From NCBI GenBank assembly GCA_965602015.1, contig OZ271918.1, positions 864,001 through 928,000 on the forward strand: 64,000 nucleotides of DNA. Direction: 5' to 3'. Of the stretch, positions 11,229-19,159 are shown in pieces (position 1 is the stretch's first letter; every line of letters begins with the position of its first letter). The stretch comes from Salinispira sp. Its GTDB lineage: Bacteria; Spirochaetota; Spirochaetia; DSM-27196; Salinispiraceae. The notes below the pieces were generated by a model, which was given only the letters and a program-made list of their open reading frames with translations, was not told the origin of the DNA and ran no database searches. Both the position numbers and the translations under genes were made by a program.

Positions 11229-11816
11229 ATGAAGAGTAAATCATCAGTAATTGCCACGCTATTCGTTTCTGTAGTGTTGGTCGCTTCCTGTTCCGCCGGG
11301 GAAGATAAATCCGCCAATGCAGGGGCGGAAGTTCCGGCTATCGCCGAAAAACCGGCTGGCGAAGAGGGTGCTACCATGGGCAGTGAAGAGGAGCCCGGGA
11401 GCGCTTCAGCGCCGGTCATCGACCAGGGCCCGGTCGTCGCCGAAGGCGAGTGGATATCATTTACCAAGGCAGACGGCGCTGACCCGAACGACCCGGCCAA
11501 TCAGGACCGCATAAGCGACGATGTGATTCTCGCCCGAGGGAACCAGGGCGGGCAGATCTACAACGCAGTTTCTGAAAGCCGGGCCGACGCCAGGACCAGT
11601 CCGGCGGGAACCCTGTGGGCTCTGGGAACAACCGCTGAGCTTGACAGTCTTGAGTTTCAACCCTTTCGGGCAGCCGTGGGCAAGCCCAAGAATATCGCCG
11701 GCAAAGATCTGGTCCTCTATCTTGTTGAAAGCGAAACATATATAGATATCCGCTTCACCAGCTGGTCGGCAGCCAAACAGGGAGGCTTTGCCTATGAACG
11801 CAGAAGCCTTGAATAG
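11229..11816 (+). CDS. Hypothetical lipoprotein
   Basis: Lipobox VASC, low-complexity linker, compact C-terminal domain. Confidence 0.75.
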   Translation: MKSKSSVIATLFVSVVLVASCSAGEDKSANAGAEVPAIAEKPAGEEGATMGSEEEPGSASAPVIDQGPVVAEGEWISFTKADGADPNDPANQDRISDDVILARGNQGGQIYNAVSESRADARTSPAGTLWALGTTAELDSLEFQPFRAAVGKPKNIAGKDLVLYLVESETYIDIRFTSWSAAKQGGFAYERRSLE

Positions 11817-11939
11817 ACGGCTGAGAGTGAAGAACATCGACGTGCTGCCGGTTTTTTTCCAGAAGCCTGATTTTCTAATACCCTTTTTGTGACCCGTTAC
11901 ATATATTAGCGAAACACTAAGAATAAGAAGAGGTACGGT

Positions 11940-12422
11940 ATGCGCAGGTTGTCTTTGCTTTTAGTTTTGCTCAGTGTGTTGTCGGGTTCCCTGTGGGCGT
12001 TGACCGGTGAATACGGTCCGGCTGCCCCGGAAGGAAGGATTCTGCTGGCCTACGAGCCCACCCGCTTTAAAAATAATCTGGTAAGCGAAATGCTGACGCT
12101 TTTGGAGGAGCGGGGATTTTTCATTTCAGTGGTCGACCACCAGGATGAAGGACTGTCGGGATTGGCTGCATCGGACTTCGACGCGGTTTTTATCACCAAT
12201 AGCGGTGCTACCGCACAGGTTCGAGTGGAAGTCGTGGACTGGCTCAACCTCAACGGTACTACTCCGGAAAATGTCTATGTTCATACGACTCAAATTACCG
12301 AGTGGGAGCCCCAGGTAGAAGTCGACGGCGTGACGTCCGCCTCATACAATAACCGTCGACGGACCAACGACCTCGCCGCCGAGTTTGTCGAGGTGCTTGT
12401 TCGCATGGCTCAGGATTCTTGA
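11940..12422 (+). CDS. Secreted flavodoxin-like-fold hypothetical protein
   Basis: Signal peptide; beta/alpha pattern 'RILLAY...DFDAVFI'. The fold is inferred. Confidence 0.55.
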   Translation: MRRLSLLLVLLSVLSGSLWALTGEYGPAAPEGRILLAYEPTRFKNNLVSEMLTLLEERGFFISVVDHQDEGLSGLAASDFDAVFITNSGATAQVRVEVVDWLNLNGTTPENVYVHTTQITEWEPQVEVDGVTSASYNNRRRTNDLAAEFVEVLVRMAQDS

Positions 12423-13786
12423 TGATAAAAAGACTTCTGTGGCCGACGGCGGCATTGCTTAGTCCGGTTCCAGCCTGGTTTTTGTATTTCGGCAGCGATT
12501 TTAGTCACATTCTGGAACCGTTCTCACTTTCAATGTTTGTCGGGTTGATGGCGTATAGCTACTTCCTGGTTGCGATTTTTATCTCCAGCCGCATTCGGGT
12601 CTTCGACCGCCTGTTCGGTCATGACCGGGTTATGAAGTTTCACAGCTATATCGCCATTGCCGCCATCGTACTGGCAATTGCCCACCGGCAGATAAAACTG
12701 ATGGTTTTTTCATTTACAAATCTGCAGGTGCTCTTCGGCGTTATCGCCCTGTTGCTTGTAGTCGGCATTGCCGGCATTACAGTGCTGGTTATGGTCCCCA
12801 ATATCATCCATCGGGTGCGGTGGCTCAACCGGTTTCGGCTTTTTGTGAACCGTTCAATGAAACTGGACTACAGCATCTTAAAGACCGTCCACAATGTTCT
12901 CGTTCTTGCGATACTCAGCGCATCGGTCCATGTTTTTCTGGCTTCCAGCACCCAGGAGACCTGGTCGAGGATGATATACATCGCATCGCTGGCGGTGATT
13001 GCCATGGGCAGCTGGGTATGGCATAAAATTATTCGGCCTCTTCAGAACCGCAGAAGAGGATTGGTTGTCGATGAGATTATTCGGCACTCGGCGGATGTGA
13101 CCGAAGTGCGGGTCGTCTCATCAAAAGGTGGGCAGGCAGCCGGCTCGAAGGCCGGCCCAATGCGCTACAAGGCCGGTCAGTTTGCATTCTTCAGTTTTCC
13201 CGGGTCAAGCCTTGGGGCAGAAGAGCATCCGTTTACCTATTCGTCAGCGCCGCATGATAACTACATTAGCTTCACCGCAAAAAACCTCGGCGATTTCTCT
13301 TCCCGGCTCCGGGAATTATCGCCTGGAACTCCGGTACGGGTTGACGGGCCGTATGGGATTTTTACCCCTTCGAGGGCCAAGGGAAAATCTCTGGTTTTTA
13401 TTGCCGGCGGCATCGGCATTACCCCGTTTATTTCTATTTTAGGGGAAGCCGCTGGCAAGCATTCTTCTGTAGATACGACCCTGCTATGGGCGGTGAGGAC
13501 TGCCGAGGATGCGGTATACCATCAGCTGCTGCTTGGCCTCGAAGAAAAAATCGATGGCTTCACGTACTACCCTGTGTTTTCAGATGAAATGCCGGCTGAA
13601 AAAACTGCGAATATGCGCAGCGGATTCGTGGACCGGCAGATCATAAAAGATGCAGTAGGCGATGGCATAAAAGATGCCTCAGTATTCTTTTGCGGACCGC
13701 CGGCCATGCGCAACGCCCTGTTTCCCGAGCTCCAGAAACTGGGCATAAGAAAGTCTCGCATCCATTACGAGCAATTCTCGTTGTAG
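12419..13786 (+). CDS. Ferric-reductase-like transmembrane protein with FAD/NAD(P)H domain (NOX-like)
   Basis: About six TMs with two His pairs (FH...IAH, VH...SVH); 'EEHPFT', 'VDGPYG', 'IAGGIGITP', 'FCGP..M', terminal 'EQF'. Confidence 0.9.
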   Translation: MMIKRLLWPTAALLSPVPAWFLYFGSDFSHILEPFSLSMFVGLMAYSYFLVAIFISSRIRVFDRLFGHDRVMKFHSYIAIAAIVLAIAHRQIKLMVFSFTNLQVLFGVIALLLVVGIAGITVLVMVPNIIHRVRWLNRFRLFVNRSMKLDYSILKTVHNVLVLAILSASVHVFLASSTQETWSRMIYIASLAVIAMGSWVWHKIIRPLQNRRRGLVVDEIIRHSADVTEVRVVSSKGGQAAGSKAGPMRYKAGQFAFFSFPGSSLGAEEHPFTYSSAPHDNYISFTAKNLGDFSSRLRELSPGTPVRVDGPYGIFTPSRAKGKSLVFIAGGIGITPFISILGEAAGKHSSVDTTLLWAVRTAEDAVYHQLLLGLEEKIDGFTYYPVFSDEMPAEKTANMRSGFVDRQIIKDAVGDGIKDASVFFCGPPAMRNALFPELQKLGIRKSRIHYEQFSL

Positions 13787-13854
13787 GCTCTCTTAAAACC
13801 TAATCAAACAATGGGCAAACCGAAGTCCCGCCAACCGCGGCGAGACCTCGGTGC

Positions 13855-14334
13855 TCACTGAACGGCGGCGGCGGCCAGTTCGGCAATGGCCTCGTCGTCC
13901 AGCTCATCGCGGTCCTCGGAGATCTTTGCCGCGATTTTTAGCATGGTGCGGGGTATGACCCCGAGCTCATCGAGGATTATCCGCCCTCCGGCGGTGGCGC
14001 TCAGGCTGGAATGAGCCACCAGCCGGGGAGGGAAGTTCGCATCGATATAGGCTATTGCCCGCTCGCCCCGGGCCAGGCTGGATACATATAAACACAGGCG
14101 TTTTTCCAGAAGCTCCTGCTCGTGCCGCAGGCAAAAGCTCCGGATATTCGCCGGCACCTGACCAGCCCTTACGGAAGCGCCGATGATTACGCAATCATAA
14201 CCCTCAATCGTCGGCCGGGATTTCACATCAGCCATATCGGCTTGAACGTCTTCGGCTTGTATCTTGTCTACAATACGGCGGGCGATTTCCTTGGTTGAGC
14301 CGCTTCTGGTGGAGTACACTACGAGAATTTTCAC
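13855..14334 (-). CDS. hemG: HemG-like flavodoxin (protoporphyrinogen oxidase family)
   Basis: 'ILVVYSTRSGSTKEIA', 'YDCVIIGASVRAG'. Confidence 0.7.
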   Translation of the reverse strand: MKILVVYSTRSGSTKEIARRIVDKIQAEDVQADMADVKSRPTIEGYDCVIIGASVRAGQVPANIRSFCLRHEQELLEKRLCLYVSSLARGERAIAYIDANFPPRLVAHSSLSATAGGRIILDELGVIPRTMLKIAAKISEDRDELDDEAIAELAAAAVQ

Positions 14335-14615
14335 AGACCTGTCTCCTTTATATAGAGGTACTTGTTGCGAAAGTACAAACCGATATCGATGAGCACCATG
14401 GTGCCATTGAGGGCGTAGAAAAAGATGACGGGATCCGGGGCATAGAATACTTTGTGCAGAATACCTGAAATGTAGCCCACAAAAAGGGCGAAGAGGAAGA
14501 TGATGCTCTTTCCCGCCACCGATCGGGATTTCCAGGACCGGTAAATTGAAAATGGCCAGGCAAGTCCGAAGCAGATCAGCATGATAATTTCAAATAAACT
14601 CAAGATGCTCTCCAT
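14331..14615 (-). CDS. Small 3-TM PQ-loop/SemiSWEET-like membrane protein
   Basis: 'MLICFGLAWPFSI..S..S.S..GKS', three hydrophobic helices. Confidence 0.75.
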   Translation of the reverse strand: MESILSLFEIIMLICFGLAWPFSIYRSWKSRSVAGKSIIFLFALFVGYISGILHKVFYAPDPVIFFYALNGTMVLIDIGLYFRNKYLYIKETGL

Positions 14616-14761
14616 ATAGCGTGCTGGCGTAACTATATGAGATTTGTTGCGGCTTTGCTACCGGCTTCTCGTTCAGAACAGTATTCTTGGGAAATACTTC
14701 TTCAAAAAGTCTTTTTTTCATCCTTGGTCAGATGCACTATGAGTTATGAGGATGTCTGGTG

Positions 14762-14818
14762 GCACTGCATATAGGGGTGTAATTAAAATATTTAGAAAAA
14801 AAACACCATATATGCTGG
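14762..14818 (+). promoter_or_regulatory. Tandem NrdR-box-like sites
   Basis: GCACTGCATATAGGGG (14762) and ACACCATATATGCTGG (14803) resemble acaCwAtATaTwGtgt, lie 41 bp apart, and sit upstream of nrdA. Confidence 0.55.
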
Positions 14819-14851
14819 CGCATAATTATCTCCTGTGTAATAATCAATGTA

Positions 14852-15007
14852 TCAGGCAAAGCCGAAGGAGTACAAACCTGTCGGCGGAAGTCCGGTGTAA
14901 ATCCGGCGCAGCCCCCGCTACTGTTATGCTGACGAGCCCCTAAAACGCCACTGGGAAACCGGGAAGGCAGGGAGTGAGGATGATGCTAAGCCAGGAGACC
15001 TGCCTGA
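14852..15007 (+). ncRNA. Cobalamin (AdoCbl) riboswitch
   Basis: GGAAGTCCGGTGTAAATCCGGCGCAGCCCCCGCTACTGT, GCCACTGGGAAACCGGGAAGG, B12 box AGCCAGGAGACCTGCC; closing stem TCAGGCA/TGCCTGA. Confidence 0.95.
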
Positions 15008-15104
15008 ACTCACAGAACGGGAGGTTCCCCATGCGAACAAACACTATTGTATATCGATAAATCCTTTTTCCCCGAATGAAGATGGTCAGCTCTTGCTGTT
15101 GAAC

Positions 15105-15129
15105 CGAGGACGCGCGGCTTCCTCGTTTT
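15105..15129 (+). terminator. Putative riboswitch expression-platform terminator
   Basis: CGAGGA...TCCTCG hairpin plus TTTT in the nrdA leader. Confidence 0.5.
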
Positions 15130-15178
15130 ACCGCAGGTTTGCTGGTGACTATACGCGGTACAGAAGAAGGATACATAC

Positions 15179-18058
15179 ATGAATATTATTGATTTCAATC
15201 TCAAAGTGCGCAAGCGCGATGGACGCCTTACAGCTTTCGATCAAGTCAGGGTATCGTCTGCTCTGGAACGGTCTTTCGCCTCCGGCGGAGGTGATACCGC
15301 CGGGTACAACGAGGCGGTGGAGGCTGTAATGGCCCGTATGAGCGAAATGATCCGCTCATGGCTTCAATCCCTTGGGCATAGCGGCGTTGTTCCAAATGAC
15401 CTCACAGATTCGCCGGCTATTCTGCCGGTAGAAAAGATTCAGGATATAGCCGAAACGGCCCTAATGGAGTGTGGCTATTACGAGACGGCCAAGCGCTATA
15501 TCCGTTACCGCTTTCAGCACGCTCTCCAACGCCGGGAAGCTTCCCGCCGTCGGGCTGAGGACGCAAGCGACGGCCGCATCCCCGTAGCAGCCGGTGACGG
15601 ACGGACCATGGCATTTAATCGGGAAAATCTGGAGGCGTACCTGGAACTCCAGTCTCGGCTTCTGGGAGGAGACGCTGCCGGAATAATCGATTTCCGCAGA
15701 ATCGCTCGGAATGTCATAGCCGGATTGGGCAACGAAGTTTCAACCGGCGAATTGCGGCGATTATCTGTACAGGCAGCTGCGGAGTGTATTGAAGAGGATC
15801 CGGCCTATGATGACTATGCCGCCCTGCTGCTGCGTCAGGCCCATTGCCGTGAACTATTGGGTAGCGAGGAGGGCGAAGCCGGGTACGAAACGCGATATCG
15901 GGAGGGTTTTTCCGCCACATTCCGCCAGGCAGTAGATGCCGGATACCTGGACGAAAGAATGGCGACGTTCGATGTCGACCGAATTGCCGGTTATCTGGTG
16001 CCGTCCCGGGACCGGGAGCTAAAGTTCCTTGGAAGCGAAACCCTCCAAGAGCGCTACCTAATGCGCATTGACGACAAGCCCGTCGAGAGCTACCAGGGAT
16101 TCTGGATGCGTGTCGCTATGGGTCTGGCCCTCAATGAACGGGATAAGGAAGCGCGGGCACAAGAGTTCTACGACGCCATGAGCACTTTGAGCTTTATTCC
16201 CTCCACGCCGACCCTTTTCCACTCAGGGTTGAGTCATCCCCAGCTTTCCAGTTGCTACCTTTCCACGGTGAAGGATGACCTTGCGCACATCTTCAAAGTC
16301 ATGGGTGACAACGCCGCCCTGTCTAAATGGTCCGGCGGTATCGGAAATGACTGGAGCTCAATCAGGGGTACCGGAGCATGGATTCAAACGACCAAGGTAA
16401 ACTCCCAGGGGGTTATTCCCTTCCTGAAAATTGCCAATGACGTGACAGTGGCCATTAACCGTTCGGGACGACGGCGGGGAGCCACCTGCGCCTATCTGGA
16501 AACCTGGCATTATGATATCGAAGATTTCCTGGATTTACGTCGAAATACCGGCGATGAGCGACGTCGCACTCCCGATATGAACACCGCCAACTGGATTCCC
16601 GACCTATTTATGAAGCGGGTCAAGGAAAAAGGGCGGTGGACTCTTTTCAGCCCCGACGAAACTCCTGATCTCCACGAGCTTTACGGCCGTGCCTTTGAAG
16701 AGCGTTATGAATACTATGAGGCCCAGGCCTCGGCGGGACATATAAGCTTGTTCAAGGAGGTTGAGGCTGAGAAACTGTGGCGCAAGATGCTGACCAGGAT
16801 ATTTGAAACCGGACACCCCTGGATTACCTTCAAGGATCCTTCGAATATCCGAAGCCCCCAGGACCACGCGGGAGTTGTGCACAACTCGAATCTCTGTACG
16901 GAGATCACCCTGAACAACAGCGCCGATGAAACCGCAGTCTGCAACCTGGGAAGCGTAAACCTGGCCCGCCACCTGCTTCCCGACGGCAAGAAGTATCGGG
17001 GTATCGATGAAACAAAGCTTGCAAAGACAGTCTCAACCGCCATGAGGATGTTGGACAACGTCATCGACATTAATTATTACCCTACGGAGGAGGCCCGTTC
17101 TTCGAATGTGCGCCACCGTCCGGTGGGTCTGGGGCTTCTTGGGTTTCAGGATGCGTTGTTCCTTCAGGGATTGGGTTTTACCGATTCTGAAGCCCTTGAT
17201 TTTGCCGACCGCTCAATGGAGTTGATTTCCTACCATGCAATACTCTCAAGCTCGCATCTGGCAGCAGAACGGGGGGCGTACGCAAGTTTTACCGGGAGCA
17301 AATGGGACAGAGGTATTTTACCCCTCGACAGCATTGCGATCCTTGAAGAACAGCGGGGCGAGGGAATAGACGTTGACCGAAGCTCAACCCTGGACTGGGA
17401 GTCGGTTCGCGCTTCCATCCGGGAGCACGGCATGCGAAATTCAAACACCATGGCTATTGCCCCGACGGCTACCATCTCGAATATTGCCGGCGCGTATCCC
17501 TGCATTGAGCCGGCGTACAAGAATCTCTATGTAAAGAGCAACATGTCAGGTGAGTTCACCGTCGTCAACCGGTACCTCGCAGCGGAGCTCAAGACCAGAA
17601 ACCTTTGGAATGACCAGATCCGGGAACTGATCAAATATCACGACGGGTCCATTAGAAAAATCGAACAGATTCCCGCAGAGCTTCGGGAACGATTTTTAGA
17701 AGCCTTCGAGATAGATCCCCTTACCCTGCTCCGGTTTACTGCACGGCGTTCAAAATGGATTGATCAGAGCCAAAGCCACAATGTGTTTATGAAGGGCAGC
17801 TCGGGGAAGATGCTCGATGAAATATACCGTTCGGCCTGGCAAATGGGATTAAAAACCACCTATTACCTGCGGACTCTGGCGGCCAGTCAGATTGAAAAAT
17901 CAACCCTGGACGCCAAGGTTTACGGCTATACCCAAAAACGGGAAACCGGCGCTGCCGCTGCCTCCTCGGGCAGCCCCGCCGCGGGTTCACCGGCAACCAA
18001 GGTAAGCAGCTCTGAGGTCTGCAGCCTTCTCGATCCGGACTGCGAGGCCTGTCAGTAA
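15179..18058 (+). CDS. nrdA: Class I ribonucleotide reductase alpha subunit with N-terminal ATP-cone(s)
   Basis: 'VRKRDGR' cone, 'QLSSCYL', 'NSNLCTEI', 'TAVCNLGS', 'KTTYYLR', C-terminal 'CEACQ'. Confidence 0.97.
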   Translation: MNIIDFNLKVRKRDGRLTAFDQVRVSSALERSFASGGGDTAGYNEAVEAVMARMSEMIRSWLQSLGHSGVVPNDLTDSPAILPVEKIQDIAETALMECGYYETAKRYIRYRFQHALQRREASRRRAEDASDGRIPVAAGDGRTMAFNRENLEAYLELQSRLLGGDAAGIIDFRRIARNVIAGLGNEVSTGELRRLSVQAAAECIEEDPAYDDYAALLLRQAHCRELLGSEEGEAGYETRYREGFSATFRQAVDAGYLDERMATFDVDRIAGYLVPSRDRELKFLGSETLQERYLMRIDDKPVESYQGFWMRVAMGLALNERDKEARAQEFYDAMSTLSFIPSTPTLFHSGLSHPQLSSCYLSTVKDDLAHIFKVMGDNAALSKWSGGIGNDWSSIRGTGAWIQTTKVNSQGVIPFLKIANDVTVAINRSGRRRGATCAYLETWHYDIEDFLDLRRNTGDERRRTPDMNTANWIPDLFMKRVKEKGRWTLFSPDETPDLHELYGRAFEERYEYYEAQASAGHISLFKEVEAEKLWRKMLTRIFETGHPWITFKDPSNIRSPQDHAGVVHNSNLCTEITLNNSADETAVCNLGSVNLARHLLPDGKKYRGIDETKLAKTVSTAMRMLDNVIDINYYPTEEARSSNVRHRPVGLGLLGFQDALFLQGLGFTDSEALDFADRSMELISYHAILSSSHLAAERGAYASFTGSKWDRGILPLDSIAILEEQRGEGIDVDRSSTLDWESVRASIREHGMRNSNTMAIAPTATISNIAGAYPCIEPAYKNLYVKSNMSGEFTVVNRYLAAELKTRNLWNDQIRELIKYHDGSIRKIEQIPAELRERFLEAFEIDPLTLLRFTARRSKWIDQSQSHNVFMKGSSGKMLDEIYRSAWQMGLKTTYYLRTLAASQIEKSTLDAKVYGYTQKRETGAAAASSGSPAAGSPATKVSSSEVCSLLDPDCEACQ

Positions 18059-18076
18059 GAACAAAGGAGAGCCCAC

Positions 18077-19069
18077 ATGTCAATTATAAATAACAGCAAA
18101 ACTGATCCAAACAAAATCCTGCCTATGACCTATACCTGGGCCCGGCAGCATTACCGCGACGGGGTTGCCAATACCTGGGTACCCGAGGAAATCCCCATGC
18201 AGGATGATATCGAGCTGTGGAAATCCGGGCGTCTCAGCGATGCCGAGAGACGGTTGATTCTCTGGAACCTGGGGTTTTTCAGCACCGCCGAAAGCCTCAC
18301 GGCCAACAATATCGTTCTGAGCGTGTACAACCATGTGACTAACCCGGAATGTCGCCAGTATCTGCTTCGGCAGGCATTTGAAGAGGCTGTCCACACCGAT
18401 ACCTTCATATACTGTTGCGACTCCCTTGGCCTTGACCCCGAAGAGCTCTACGGGATGTACGAGACAATCCCCTCCATCCGGGAGAAAGACGCGTTTGTCA
18501 TCCGCCTGACCGAGGGAATCATGAATCCCCTGTTTACCACAAATGGAGAGGACAGTATCGGCCGTTTTATCCACGACCTCATTGGGTATTACGTCATTAT
18601 GGAGGGTATTTTCTTCTACGCCGGCTTCGCAATGATGCTCGCCATGAAGCGGCAAAAGAAGATGGTGGGCATCGGCGAGCAATTCGAGTACATCATGCGG
18701 GATGAAAGCCTTCACCTGGCATTCGGTGCGGACTTGATCAACACAATAATTGCTGAGAATCCCGATGTTTGGACACCTGAGTTTAAGGATGAAATACGTT
18801 CTCTCATTGCCGAGGCGGTCGAGTTAGAAAAAATATATGCCCGGGATGCCTGTCCTTCCGGGGTTAGCGGGTTCAGCCCGGAGCAATTTTGCCAATATGT
18901 GGAGCACATCGCCGACCGACGACTTGAGCGAATCGGATTGGACGCACTGTACCATCAGTCAAATCCATTTCCTTGGATGAGCCAGGCAACCGACCTTTCG
19001 AAGGAAAAAAACTTTTTCGAGACCCGGGTAACCGAGTACCAGATTGCCGGCAATCTCGATTGGGATTGA
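18077..19069 (+). CDS. nrdB: Ribonucleotide reductase beta subunit, class Ic-like (Mn/Fe)
   Basis: 'FFSTAES', 'FEEAVHTDTF', 'MEGIFFY', 'RDESLH', 'KEKNFFETRVTEY'. Confidence 0.95.
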   Translation: MSIINNSKTDPNKILPMTYTWARQHYRDGVANTWVPEEIPMQDDIELWKSGRLSDAERRLILWNLGFFSTAESLTANNIVLSVYNHVTNPECRQYLLRQAFEEAVHTDTFIYCCDSLGLDPEELYGMYETIPSIREKDAFVIRLTEGIMNPLFTTNGEDSIGRFIHDLIGYYVIMEGIFFYAGFAMMLAMKRQKKMVGIGEQFEYIMRDESLHLAFGADLINTIIAENPDVWTPEFKDEIRSLIAEAVELEKIYARDACPSGVSGFSPEQFCQYVEHIADRRLERIGLDALYHQSNPFPWMSQATDLSKEKNFFETRVTEYQIAGNLDWD

Positions 19070-19159
19070 GGCATAAAAAGCATAGGGCAAACCCGAGCTC
19101 TCCAATTAGGGGAGTAACCAGCATACCGGAAAACCAGATCAGATACACAGGAGACAACA

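Noticed and set aside
19080..19150. GGGCAAACCC resembling the start of a c-di-GMP-I riboswitch
   Set aside because: The GNRA stem and the downstream GACGCAAA elements are absent.
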